A stretch of DNA of 64,000 nucleotides, taken from an uncultured virus (IMG/VR IMGVR_UViG_3300035210_000191). Taxonomy: Duplodnaviria > Heunggongvirae > Uroviricota > Caudoviricetes. A program made the position numbers and the translations under genes. Within the stretch, counting starts at the first letter, position 1; each line of letters starts with the position of its first letter. This document shows, one piece after another, positions 30,051 to 40,021 of this stretch. Under the pieces are notes generated by a model that saw only the letters and a list, made by a program, of their open reading frames with translations, made no database searches and was not told the origin of the DNA. The DNA lies in IMG/VR virus record IMGVR_UViG_3300035210_000191; one strand, written 5' to 3'.

Positions 30051-31061
30051 ATGAAATACTATGCCATCAATATGATTAAAGGACACATGAATGAAGTGTT
30101 TTTTAAAAATAACACAAGTAAAGAAGAAAGAAGACAATTTAACGACCTCATTAATCTTGTTCACTTGAACGAAGTATTAGGTTTTGATAAAATTCATTTA
30201 GGTGCAGGTGCGGATATAAGAAATGTATTTGATGAAGACCAAATGGAAAAAGTGAATTTATACTTGATGATGAAAAACAAAGCCTTTTTAATTCCAGAAA
30301 AGACACTTAAAAAAGCTATCTATAAACAAGATAACATTATGACATTTGAATATCAAACTCCTGAAGACTTAATAACTGCCAGAATAGCTGCCGAACAATC
30401 ACCTGATTATATAATGAATCAATTAAAAGAAGAACAGATAGCGGCTGAGAAGAAAGCATTGTATGCTATTTCTGGTGATGTTACTGGTGTCGATTTTGAT
30501 AATAAAACCTATCTTTCTATTGATTTTGAGTTTAATCCGATGGCTGTTGATAAGTTTCATATTAGACAAATTGTTGAAGTAGGATTAAGTTATATTAATG
30601 GTGACGATATAACAACTGAGCACTATATTGTCAATGAACATAGAGATTTAAAATCAGATAGAAAAAAGAAACTTCAAGATTCTTTTAACTTTGGAACAAG
30701 TAAGTTTATTGATAGTGCTGATGTCATTGGTATTTTGGAGGACGCATTAACTAAATCAGGCAACCTTGTTTTCCACGATAAATCATGTGATATTAGATAC
30801 TTTGAAAGAAATAAGATATCGTTGGATAATCATAGAATTTATGACACTCAAGCTGTCTACAAATACAATATTTCCCCAGATGGTGAATCGAGTAACAGTA
30901 AAAGACTTAAAGATTTTTTAGATGATAATATGATAGATTCTAAAAACACTCATAATGCTGGTAATGATGCTCACTATACCTCAATGGTATTTAAAGCCCA
31001 AGTTTATGAGATACTTAATCAACCTAAAAAATTAGTTAAAACACATTCTATTCAACCATAA
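30051..31061 (+). CDS. DEDDh exonuclease domain protein (paralog 3 of 4)
   Basis: SIDFEF, VFHDKSCD, IYDTQ, HNAGNDA. Confidence 0.8.
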   Translation: MKYYAINMIKGHMNEVFFKNNTSKEERRQFNDLINLVHLNEVLGFDKIHLGAGADIRNVFDEDQMEKVNLYLMMKNKAFLIPEKTLKKAIYKQDNIMTFEYQTPEDLITARIAAEQSPDYIMNQLKEEQIAAEKKALYAISGDVTGVDFDNKTYLSIDFEFNPMAVDKFHIRQIVEVGLSYINGDDITTEHYIVNEHRDLKSDRKKKLQDSFNFGTSKFIDSADVIGILEDALTKSGNLVFHDKSCDIRYFERNKISLDNHRIYDTQAVYKYNISPDGESSNSKRLKDFLDDNMIDSKNTHNAGNDAHYTSMVFKAQVYEILNQPKKLVKTHSIQP

Positions 31062-31135
31062 TCAATTGGCTTCTGCCAGTTTTTTATTCTTTTTAAACTT
31101 ATGATATAATAATATAAGAACAAGGAAATTTACGG

Positions 31136-32140
31136 ATGAAATATTACGCGATTAATAGTATTAAGGGAAACATGAATCTTCTCTTATTTAAAACATTAAC
31201 CAAAGAAGAACGCACACCGTTCAGTCAATTTTTTAACATTGTACATCTTAATGAAGTATTAGGATTTAATACCATTCATATTGGTGGCGGATCTGACGTT
31301 AGAAACTTGTTTGATGAAGATCAAATATCAAAAATAAACCTTTACCTCATGATGAAAGATAAGAGGTTTGTCATCCCCGATAATATTCTTGAAAAAGCTA
31401 TTTATAAATCAGATAACATTATGACGTTCGATTATAATACACCACGAGATTTAGATACTTCCAGAAAAATTGTTATGTCAACTCCATCTCACCTTATCGA
31501 GAAGATGAGAGCTGAAAAAACAAAAGCATCGAAACGAGCTGTTCTTGATACTTATGGTGATATTAAAGATGTTGATTTTGATAAAAACACTTATTTATCT
31601 ATCGACTTTGAATTTAATCCTAATGTTTCTGATGTATTTGATTTAAAACATATTACAGAAATGGGGTTAAGTTACATCAATGGTAAAACTATTACAACTG
31701 AACACTACATTGTGAATGAGCATAGAGAAAATAAAACAGACAAGCGAAAGACTCTTCAAGATTCTTTTAATTTTGGTGTTAGTCAGTTTATTTCAAGTGA
31801 TGATGTTAGGGCCATTCTGGAAGAAGCTTTAACAAAAGTTCAGCACCTTGTCTTTCATGAGCAATCCTGTGATGTAAAGCATTTTGAAGAAAATAATATG
31901 AATTTAGACAAACATAGAATTTATGACACCCAAGAAATTTATAAAAAACACCTTGCTCCTGTTGGTCAAGAAGCAATGGGAAAAAAACTTAAAGCCTTTT
32001 TGGATGACAATATGATCATCTCAAAAAATATGCACAATGCGGGCAATGATTCTCATTATACGGCTATGTTGTTTAAATCTCAGGTAAAAGAAGTATTAGC
32101 ATTAGAACGCAGAAAAACCTACGCTCCAAAACTTAAATAA
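31136..32140 (+). CDS. DEDDh exonuclease domain protein (paralog 4 of 4, recent duplicate of 30051-31061)
   Basis: SIDFEF, VFHEQSCD, IYDTQ, HNAGNDS; long identical peptide runs with the previous ORF. Confidence 0.8.
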   Translation: MKYYAINSIKGNMNLLLFKTLTKEERTPFSQFFNIVHLNEVLGFNTIHIGGGSDVRNLFDEDQISKINLYLMMKDKRFVIPDNILEKAIYKSDNIMTFDYNTPRDLDTSRKIVMSTPSHLIEKMRAEKTKASKRAVLDTYGDIKDVDFDKNTYLSIDFEFNPNVSDVFDLKHITEMGLSYINGKTITTEHYIVNEHRENKTDKRKTLQDSFNFGVSQFISSDDVRAILEEALTKVQHLVFHEQSCDVKHFEENNMNLDKHRIYDTQEIYKKHLAPVGQEAMGKKLKAFLDDNMIISKNMHNAGNDSHYTAMLFKSQVKEVLALERRKTYAPKLK

Positions 32141-32150
32141 GAAAAGCCTA

Positions 32151-32912
32151 CTAGATTAAGTAGGCAAAATAAAGATCAAGATGGTTTTGTTCAAAACTCT
32201 CATATTCATATTCATTGTTTGAAAAGAATACCTGCAGTTCTTTTCTCCAGCAAAAATGAAAAATAACTTTTTCGAAATAAATTCTAATAAATTCACTGGC
32301 TTCTTCTATGCTATTGAACTCATCTTTCAGTACTGTTTTTGATCGAGCATGGGGATCGGTTGTAAATACTACAACTTTGTCACCTTTTAGATGATAAGCT
32401 ACTGTAAATTTATGTTTTTGAATTTCTTGAACAATTGAATTAACAATAGTAAACTCATTTTCATTCATATAAAAATATTTGAAAATTCTCATTGGTTTGT
32501 TGTAATAAGACTTTCCAGTTGTTTTTGTTTTAAGTTGATAGACATCATTATCAACAAAATGACTACTGAGCATAATATCACTCTTGTAAAAATCAATCTC
32601 AGCTTGACTATGTTTAATCAATCCCATTTTAATATACGTGTTAAAAACAACATCAATAATTTTTTGTTCCATTTCTTTGGGCATCAGTGTAATTTGATCA
32701 TTAAGTTTACTGATAATATGACGATATTTCTGGTTACTGTCGGCTGGAAATGCAGCAGATTTCTTTGCTGTAATTGTATAAATCTCATTTTTATCACTGA
32801 CTGGGAATACTGCATAGTGTTTTAACATTTCAAAATTATCAAAAATGTTTAGGAAATCTTTATTTTTGAGCATGGCTCTACCATGTTTTACAAACAGTTC
32901 GTTGACACTCAT
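32151..32912 (-). CDS. Hypothetical protein (variant C-terminal motif)
   Basis: ATG 32912 after AAGGAG; ends HLDLYFAYLI. Confidence 0.7.
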   Translation of the reverse strand: MSVNELFVKHGRAMLKNKDFLNIFDNFEMLKHYAVFPVSDKNEIYTITAKKSAAFPADSNQKYRHIISKLNDQITLMPKEMEQKIIDVVFNTYIKMGLIKHSQAEIDFYKSDIMLSSHFVDNDVYQLKTKTTGKSYYNKPMRIFKYFYMNENEFTIVNSIVQEIQKHKFTVAYHLKGDKVVVFTTDPHARSKTVLKDEFNSIEEASEFIRIYFEKVIFHFCWRKELQVFFSNNEYEYESFEQNHLDLYFAYLI

Positions 32913-33045
32913 TTTTTGCTCCTTTAAATGACCACAGAAAATTATAACATTAAGCAACACTATTTTCAAATATATTTTTCAATAGGGCTTTCATTTTCTG
33001 CTTTCTCTTGGTATTATATACTCAACATACTTAATGGAGGTTGTT

Positions 33046-33285
33046 ATGGTTATTCTATTCGTTTTACTTGCATTTTTAGCTGGTGTTCCATTGTATTTGG
33101 ATTATAAGAAGAATCCAACTAACAACATTATTACAAGATACACTGAAAAAGCCGCCAGCCATCCAGCATTGTCTGGTGTGTTGTCAAAGATTGAGCCTCA
33201 TACAAAGCAATATGGTATTCACCCTGTTTACGCATTAGGTGGGGGAATCCTTGTTCTCTTGTTCTTGATCATTCTTATTCTTTAA
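33046..33285 (+). CDS. Small two-TM membrane protein
   Basis: GGAGG SD; hydrophobic N- and C-terminal helices. Confidence 0.65.
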   Translation: MVILFVLLAFLAGVPLYLDYKKNPTNNIITRYTEKAASHPALSGVLSKIEPHTKQYGIHPVYALGGGILVLLFLIILIL

Positions 33286-33394
33286 ATCTGTTCGCTATGT
33301 TCAAAGGCATCTATTCATAGGTGCTTTTTTATTGCTTAAATTTTAAAATTATGTTATAATCAAGGCTCATTAAAGAATCAATGAGGAATATTGT

Positions 33395-33763
33395 ATGAGC
33401 CGAGTGACTGATATTTTCGGAGAAGTGTATACCAACGCTACCGAAGAACTTCAAAAACATCCAGAACAAGATGTTGAATACTCTTGTGTTGAATATTTTG
33501 GAACCAATCCAAAAGTTCGCAATGGTGATTTTTGTAAGTTTGTGGTTGATCTCTTCAATGTTGCCAGCATGAGAGCACCTGATACAATTAAAGAATTCTT
33601 CAAGAATCGAGATACTGTTGTTTTGGAATACGACAAAGAAGATAAAGGAGCTGTGCTTTATATTTTGGCAAAAGGCACTTTTGGGGATTTTAACTATGTA
33701 GTGAAAGCAACATCTGCCAACAAGTATCATAAAGAGTTGTATATTTTAGAAGCCGTAGATTAA
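33395..33763 (+). CDS. Hypothetical protein
   Basis: GAGGA SD; bidirectional terminator at 33763-33789. Confidence 0.65.
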   Translation: MSRVTDIFGEVYTNATEELQKHPEQDVEYSCVEYFGTNPKVRNGDFCKFVVDLFNVASMRAPDTIKEFFKNRDTVVLEYDKEDKGAVLYILAKGTFGDFNYVVKATSANKYHKELYILEAVD

Positions 33764-33796
33764 AAAAAGAGCACTTAGGTGCTCTTTTTATTTGTT

Positions 33797-34957
33797 TTAA
33801 GGTTTTGACTTTTTAGTTTTTTTCTTTTCTACTTTCTCTACAGGCTTATCTTTATTTAACTCATCAACCAATTCATTCTTAAGATTTAATCGCCCTTTCA
33901 TAAAATCGTTTAATGTGTAAGCAATTTGATACATGCTCTTATCAGGGCTGGCCGCTTTTAACACGTTATGCAACTCAACACCACGGGTTACTTTAGCTTC
34001 GTTAATAGCTCCTTTTGAAAGTTCTTCGACAATAATTTCAAAAGCATTCTTATCCGATGTTTGTTGACGAGACTTACTGAATGTAAACCCTTTCATGATA
34101 GGATTCTTTGCAATGAATCTTTGTGTTAATTTATCTTCCAGTGGTGCGATTTCATAGTCAAACTTAATGGCTTCAATCGTATCAACGTCTTTGTATTTAG
34201 CTCTAATAATATCAGCAATTGCTTTTTCACTAAACCCTTTGGATTGCATAGAGTATTGACTGTCAAAAGCAAATGAAGTCTCTACATCATAACGTCCAGA
34301 TGGAGTGATTATTTTTTTAGCTATTTGACCAATAGCAAATCTCATACTGACACTGTGGTCATTAATTACTGAGAAATCAAATCCATTTCTATCGGCGGCT
34401 TTCAATGCAATAGCATAGATGTCATCAACTAATGTTTTTAATTCGACACCGTTTGATTGCTTAAATTGATCAGCATTCACAATCTGTGATAAAAAGTTAA
34501 CCATTTCTGCTTTATAGTTTTTACTAAAATCTTTTTTCAATATTTTATTATGATAAGTTTCCAAGTCCTTTTCATAGTTTCTCATTTTGGCGAGTTGTTC
34601 TATTTTATCAGCTTTCAATTCTGCATTCACCACTTCTGACAAGCCGAAATTATACGCAGCCGCATCAATGCACTTATTATAGTAATCTTTTTCAGTGTCA
34701 GGAATGTATTTATAATTTTTAGTGCTGTATTCATTAATTTTTTCTTTTAATGAATCCATTTTTGTTTTATCAAGTTCTTGTGAGACAAAAGCTCCATTTC
34801 CAAGATTTTCAAACTTATAGTCATTAAACGTCTTTACGAAGTCATCCACAAGTTTACTGTCTTTTTTGAAGACAACAAACATTACTTTATTGGATAAGTC
34901 ATCGACTGTCTCATATCGCTCAGTTATTGCTTGTAGTAATTTTTTTACTTCTGTCAT
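33797..34957 (-). CDS. Hypothetical helical protein with Lys-rich C-terminal tail
   Basis: 386 aa; ends KKKTKKSKP. Confidence 0.75.
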   Translation of the reverse strand: MTEVKKLLQAITERYETVDDLSNKVMFVVFKKDSKLVDDFVKTFNDYKFENLGNGAFVSQELDKTKMDSLKEKINEYSTKNYKYIPDTEKDYYNKCIDAAAYNFGLSEVVNAELKADKIEQLAKMRNYEKDLETYHNKILKKDFSKNYKAEMVNFLSQIVNADQFKQSNGVELKTLVDDIYAIALKAADRNGFDFSVINDHSVSMRFAIGQIAKKIITPSGRYDVETSFAFDSQYSMQSKGFSEKAIADIIRAKYKDVDTIEAIKFDYEIAPLEDKLTQRFIAKNPIMKGFTFSKSRQQTSDKNAFEIIVEELSKGAINEAKVTRGVELHNVLKAASPDKSMYQIAYTLNDFMKGRLNLKNELVDELNKDKPVEKVEKKKTKKSKP

Positions 34958-35109
34958 AAATTCACCATTTGTCTATTCATTCCTTCATTATAGCATTTTT
35001 TATCTTTTTTAAAAGGCTTATTTTTCACCTTTAATCACCTATATTTTTACGTTGAATTGTTTTATTTTTTGTGATAAAATAAGGTAATTATTAACATAGG
35101 TGCGACCCC

Positions 35110-35754
35110 GTGAATATCAATGAATATTTAGAAGCCAACTTACATTTACCTGAACCTTTGAGAACACAAGAAGCTCAATTGCAGTTTACAGCGTTCTTTT
35201 ATAAAACGAACAATAGAGATATGGCATACCTTTTTGAAAATGTTAGCTTAATTGATTTTGCTTACTTCACCTTTGAAGTTTACTTTAAAGAAATGTTTAT
35301 GCATGGTTACCGATTATCACCTGTCAGATTGAAAAGTGGTTTTACTGGCTTGCCTTTGGATATCATCGTTGACCGCCTCATTCAACATGACTATGTTAAG
35401 ATTGCTTATAGAGGATCAACTGTTGACGATTATGATATGATTGCGGATGGTTTGGTGTACAGTCGTAATTTGGATAAATATCGTAAAGACTGTATGTACT
35501 TACCAGAAGTAATGAGAGATTTTCATTTTCAAAAATCAATGTTTAAAATGTTACATGATAAATATAGATTGACGGTTGGAAATCTTTCATGGGTGGGTGC
35601 TCATGTGTTCATTACTGACTTTATCCATCATTATTTAGCGTATTCTGGCTTGGTTTTAAGACGTGCAAGGAATAAGTTTGAGTTTAATGATTTAGAAGAC
35701 AAAGTAAGCTCATTTGAAAGTGTTCTTCGCAGCAAACCTTTTCCATTAAATTGA
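35110..35754 (+). CDS. Hypothetical protein with an internally duplicated domain
   Basis: HLPEPLRTQEAQ...HGYRL and YLPEVMRDFHFQK...SGLVL halves. Confidence 0.65.
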   Translation: MNINEYLEANLHLPEPLRTQEAQLQFTAFFYKTNNRDMAYLFENVSLIDFAYFTFEVYFKEMFMHGYRLSPVRLKSGFTGLPLDIIVDRLIQHDYVKIAYRGSTVDDYDMIADGLVYSRNLDKYRKDCMYLPEVMRDFHFQKSMFKMLHDKYRLTVGNLSWVGAHVFITDFIHHYLAYSGLVLRRARNKFEFNDLEDKVSSFESVLRSKPFPLN

Positions 35755-35809
35755 ATAAACAAAAAAAGCCCTTGATGGGCTTTTTTGTTTTACGCTGTAT
35801 GACTTTGGC

Positions 35810-36715
35810 TTATTTAACCAAGTCGATTTTAATGTCATAGTTTTCAGCAATAACTGCAGCCGTATTGCCAGATGAAATCATGGCTGTGTAAGCATCAATC
35901 AATGGCTTGTTTGTTTTGTTAGTGAAGTTAACAACCAATGTTGATTTGTCAGTTTTGTAGAAATCTAATACTTTGGCTTGAGCACCGCCCGCCTCTGGGA
36001 CGTTCTGTTTGATTTGAGCTTCAACATATTCATTCATTCTGGTCGCAAGTTCGCCATCGTTCATGCTTGGATCTTGTGACTTAGCAGATTCCATTAATGT
36101 GCTTTTAAGGAAACGATCATTATTTACTTTCAATGTCAACGTATCAAGTTTAGCCCCACTCACTTTACCAATGTAAGCCATTGGATTTTCTGGTGGTGTG
36201 TTATGTACTAAAGATCTTGAAAGATCTTTGGTAAGTGTTTCATACAAATCACCTACGCCACTGATGTTAGCGTTATATTCTTGCGAAATATTTCCTTGTG
36301 TTTCTGAACCAAGAAAAGCAGAAGTCGCTTTGAGATCAATTTTACCTTCACCGGATTTTGAAATTCCGAACGAGTTGTTGGATGTGTATTTCTGATCAGC
36401 AGTTGATTTGTAATCGTTTAAAGTGATTTCGACTTTATCAGAAAATACGTTTTCTTTGTTGTAGAACTTCAAACCTGTAATAGCCAAATTACCTTCTTGG
36501 GTCACTTCACCTGATTTGATCTTCATATTATCTATTTTTAAGGTTCCCAACACAATGTTAGTGGATACATCGCCTTCAACTTTGGTTCCGTAACTTGATT
36601 CGTTTGCTTTTTTAATTGAAGCATTCAACTCATTTTCTACTTTTAGGTTAGCATAGTATAAACCGCCACCTACCGCAATTGCTAATCCCGCTACAACGTA
36701 TATAACTTTATTCAT
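35810..36715 (-). CDS. Membrane-anchored exported protein
   Basis: N-terminal signal anchor (VIYVVAGLAIAVGGGLYY); GAGGA SD; terminator at 35761-35786. Confidence 0.7.
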   Translation of the reverse strand: MNKVIYVVAGLAIAVGGGLYYANLKVENELNASIKKANESSYGTKVEGDVSTNIVLGTLKIDNMKIKSGEVTQEGNLAITGLKFYNKENVFSDKVEITLNDYKSTADQKYTSNNSFGISKSGEGKIDLKATSAFLGSETQGNISQEYNANISGVGDLYETLTKDLSRSLVHNTPPENPMAYIGKVSGAKLDTLTLKVNNDRFLKSTLMESAKSQDPSMNDGELATRMNEYVEAQIKQNVPEAGGAQAKVLDFYKTDKSTLVVNFTNKTNKPLIDAYTAMISSGNTAAVIAENYDIKIDLVK

Positions 36716-36854
36716 CAAATATCCTCTTTTTTAAATTAATAACTTCTATTTGACCATTTTTTGTAAAAAAATCAAGATAGTAGATCAATAATATTTCATC
36801 GACATACATTGATGATTGTGGTATAATGGTTTTATTCATTAGTGGAGCCGAACA

Positions 36855-38060
36855 ATGGACTTAAAAGATAAAATTAAGCAGCTAACAGAACGTTTAGACG
36901 CTGAAAAGCCTCAACCTTCTGTTGTTGCAAAAGAACAACCAAAACCTGTTGAACGGGAATATTTTGTTACATTATCGTTTGATAAACGAAATGAACTTAT
37001 GCAAGGCATGTTGCCAGATATGGTGGCTTTGGGTTTTGAGTTGGTTCATGAAACAGAAAAAACGCTACGTTATCATACCTCTCCACTTAAAAAAGATGAT
37101 GCTGATGAACTGTTAAAGTTTATGGAAAAATTGAAAAAACAATCCTCTGATGTCTTTTATGATGTTGCTTTTGGCCGTCTACCCGAACATCCAGTGACGT
37201 ATGCTGATGTTTGTAAATCTGGTGTTAGTCATGTTTATTCTTCTAAATATGTAACGGGTGAAGAAGCTAAGAATATTAGCGATCACATTAGCACAGAAAA
37301 ATACCAACAAAGTCTTTTTGCTTTTGAAGAAAAATTGATTTCACCTAGCTTTAAGTCTGAATTTTGTGATGCTTTGATTGTTACCATTAAGGACTCTGTT
37401 GATTTGGGTACCATGACAGCCGCATTCCTGACCGAAGACCCTGTTCGTTCTATGGTGTATGAAGCGTTTGATTTTACGTTGAAGCTTGGTCATAACGCTA
37501 TGATGAACTTTCATTCAGAGCATTACCCACATATGTATAGTGTGGACACTGCCATTGATAGAAGTGATACAGAGGCTCGTGAAGTTAAAGATTCTCTTCG
37601 TGAAGTTAAAGTGAATGATTACCATGAAGCTGTTGGTAAAATACTGGATGAGCGTTACTTGTTTTGTGATACAATGAAAGCGTTGAAAACGTTTAAAGAA
37701 ATGAAACCATTTCCAAAAGAACTGGACACAGAACAAACCTCAGATGATGGATTTAGTGCTCATTACTTTTTAAGCACTGACCATATGGATCGTGGTTATG
37801 GAAATGTAAAAGATGAAGTATGTAGAATTGTTGTAAAAACAGCTCTTGACTACATTAAAATGAATAAAGCTCATGAACTTCATATGAAAATGAATGCTAT
37901 TAATGCTGGCAGTCGTGAAATGGGCGATATCATGATAGACTCTTTCAAAGATCGGGCTAATGTGAGAGAATGGCGAACTATTGTAGGTAATCCTATTCAG
38001 GCTCCATCGGCACCCGATGCTTATGTTATGAAACGTGTTAAAAAGTTTAAGCCTAGTTAA
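36855..38060 (+). CDS. Hypothetical protein with basic C-terminal tail
   Basis: GGAG SD, TGGTATAAT; ends KRVKKFKPS. Confidence 0.75.
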   Translation: MDLKDKIKQLTERLDAEKPQPSVVAKEQPKPVEREYFVTLSFDKRNELMQGMLPDMVALGFELVHETEKTLRYHTSPLKKDDADELLKFMEKLKKQSSDVFYDVAFGRLPEHPVTYADVCKSGVSHVYSSKYVTGEEAKNISDHISTEKYQQSLFAFEEKLISPSFKSEFCDALIVTIKDSVDLGTMTAAFLTEDPVRSMVYEAFDFTLKLGHNAMMNFHSEHYPHMYSVDTAIDRSDTEAREVKDSLREVKVNDYHEAVGKILDERYLFCDTMKALKTFKEMKPFPKELDTEQTSDDGFSAHYFLSTDHMDRGYGNVKDEVCRIVVKTALDYIKMNKAHELHMKMNAINAGSREMGDIMIDSFKDRANVREWRTIVGNPIQAPSAPDAYVMKRVKKFKPS

Positions 38061-38133
38061 GATGGCGATGTAAACGCATTAAAATGGAAGCCTGCAGAGG
38101 GCTTCTTTTGATCAAACTACTTGGAGATTAATT

Positions 38134-38985
38134 ATGATTGGTGGAATTATTGGTGACATTATTGGTTCAGTCTATGAAGGTAAACAATGGGATAAACGCG
38201 ATCTTCCATTGTTTCAAGAATTTCCCTTTACTGATGTCTCGGATGTATTAAAGAATACCAAATGGGTTCGTACTACGCCGGGTTGGACAGATGACAGCTT
38301 ATGCACACTTGCCCTTTTTTCAGCCTATATTAATAAAAGAAGCCCAGTAGATGAGTTAGTCCGTTTATGTAAGAAATACGCCACAGAAGCGACTGGTTTT
38401 GGCGGTAACTTTACAAAGTGGTTAGATAATCCCGTCCCTTATGGTTCTTATGCGAACGGATCTATCATGCGGATTGGTTTTATTAACCATCTTGATCTGC
38501 CACTTCAAGATAAACTGGATTTGGCTTATGATTATACTGTTATTTCTCATAATCACGAAGACAGCACAACAGCCGTTCTTGATTTTGTTCTTTTGGTTGA
38601 AAACTTGAAGTTTCTTGAACTTGAAGACAAAAAGAATGTAATTGCTGCTTATCTTGAAAAATCTGGATGGACTGAAACTGTTGAAACGCTTCATGGCAAG
38701 AAAACATTTGATATGAATGCATTGGTGACTTTTAAGCAAGCATTGACCATTGTCTTAGAAAGCAACTCATTTGAAGAAGTGATGAAGCTATGTTGTTATG
38801 TGGGTGGTGATACCGATACGATTGCTTGTGTGGCTGGTAATATTGCTGAACATCTATGGGCTATTCCAACGGATTTGTTTAATTACATGTTTGATACCTT
38901 TTATACCAGTAATGTTGATGAAATGGAGTTATTTGCCTTAATTAACTTATTTGTATTAAACCATTCAGTGTCTGTTGTTAAATAG
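38134..38985 (+). CDS. ADP-ribosylglycohydrolase (ARH/DraG family)
   Basis: MIGGIIGDIIGSVYE, WTDDS, GSYANGSIMR, SHNH, GGDTDTIACVAG. Confidence 0.9.
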   Translation: MIGGIIGDIIGSVYEGKQWDKRDLPLFQEFPFTDVSDVLKNTKWVRTTPGWTDDSLCTLALFSAYINKRSPVDELVRLCKKYATEATGFGGNFTKWLDNPVPYGSYANGSIMRIGFINHLDLPLQDKLDLAYDYTVISHNHEDSTTAVLDFVLLVENLKFLELEDKKNVIAAYLEKSGWTETVETLHGKKTFDMNALVTFKQALTIVLESNSFEEVMKLCCYVGGDTDTIACVAGNIAEHLWAIPTDLFNYMFDTFYTSNVDEMELFALINLFVLNHSVSVVK

Positions 38986-38997
38986 GAGAATTATTCA

Positions 38998-39690
38998 ATG
39001 GCTAATTACGAAATAACAGCTCAATCAGCAACTGACCTGAAAAGACACCTCTACCAAGATGAAGTGTTTATTAGTGTTCATCAACCTAATATGAGTTGGC
39101 TTAAAGAGATTGGCTTTACTGCTTACAAACCTTCTGAAATGAAGGTGTTTAGCCAAAATCCTAAGTTCTACAAGATTGAAGATGATCATATTTTCTTTAT
39201 TTTGTTTAGGACTCAAGATCCTAACGCTGGCAAGTATGATGTTCGTGAAAAATACAAACTATTAAAAAGTAATAAGCTTATTCAGAAGCTTAAAATGAAT
39301 GACGATATCTTTGATGATTTTTTACAATACATGACGCCATCTGTTGATATTAAAAGTCCTAGTATGATTATGTATCTTTCTATCAAACGTGATTATATTT
39401 ACTATGATAACAATAGGAATAAAAAGACGTTATCTTACTTTGTGAATGTCAACAGAGTTATGTTGAAAACTGATTCTGAGAATGATTTTTATCTCTCAAC
39501 TGTTCAATTTGAAGAGGGTAAGCTGACCTATATAGAAGTCATGATTGATGGTGTTATTAAATCAGGCGAACCTTTAAAAAGTGTTTGGAACGAGTTGTCT
39601 GTGTTGACGCCTACATTGGAAGAGTTCTTTAATTTTGAAGTGGATTTAACAGATGAGATGAAGTTTTTGTTTCAGGCTGTGGCTATTTAA
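38998..39690 (+). CDS. Hypothetical protein (variant C-terminal motif)
   Basis: AGGAG SD; ends EMKFLFQAVAI. Confidence 0.7.
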   Translation: MANYEITAQSATDLKRHLYQDEVFISVHQPNMSWLKEIGFTAYKPSEMKVFSQNPKFYKIEDDHIFFILFRTQDPNAGKYDVREKYKLLKSNKLIQKLKMNDDIFDDFLQYMTPSVDIKSPSMIMYLSIKRDYIYYDNNRNKKTLSYFVNVNRVMLKTDSENDFYLSTVQFEEGKLTYIEVMIDGVIKSGEPLKSVWNELSVLTPTLEEFFNFEVDLTDEMKFLFQAVAI

Positions 39691-40021
39691 CGATTTTACC
39701 AATAATCCGTTATTTTACATACAAAAACAAAATATAGTTCTATTTTTACTTGTTTATTCTATTGTATTAAAAAAATGGCATGTAAAAACCCGTTCTATTT
39801 TAATAGCGGCTACTTGTAAAAAACCGTTTTAGCCAAGACAATTCACTATGTCTTGATTTTTTTTTGTAACATTTTGACATAAACCCGTTATAATAAAATA
39901 CAAACTGTTAAATGAAGGCTCTTGACAACTTTTAAAAAAAATATATACTTATTGATTGAAGAATGTCTTCGGAGTTCTTCACAATAAACTAAACTAAATC
40001 TGCCGAATGGGGGTATTAAAA

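Noticed and set aside
39985..40010. TAAA...GCCGAATG as a sigma28 promoter for dnaK
   Set aside because: Spacing is off and it lies too close to the start codon; a sigma70-type promoter at 39922-39949 suffices.
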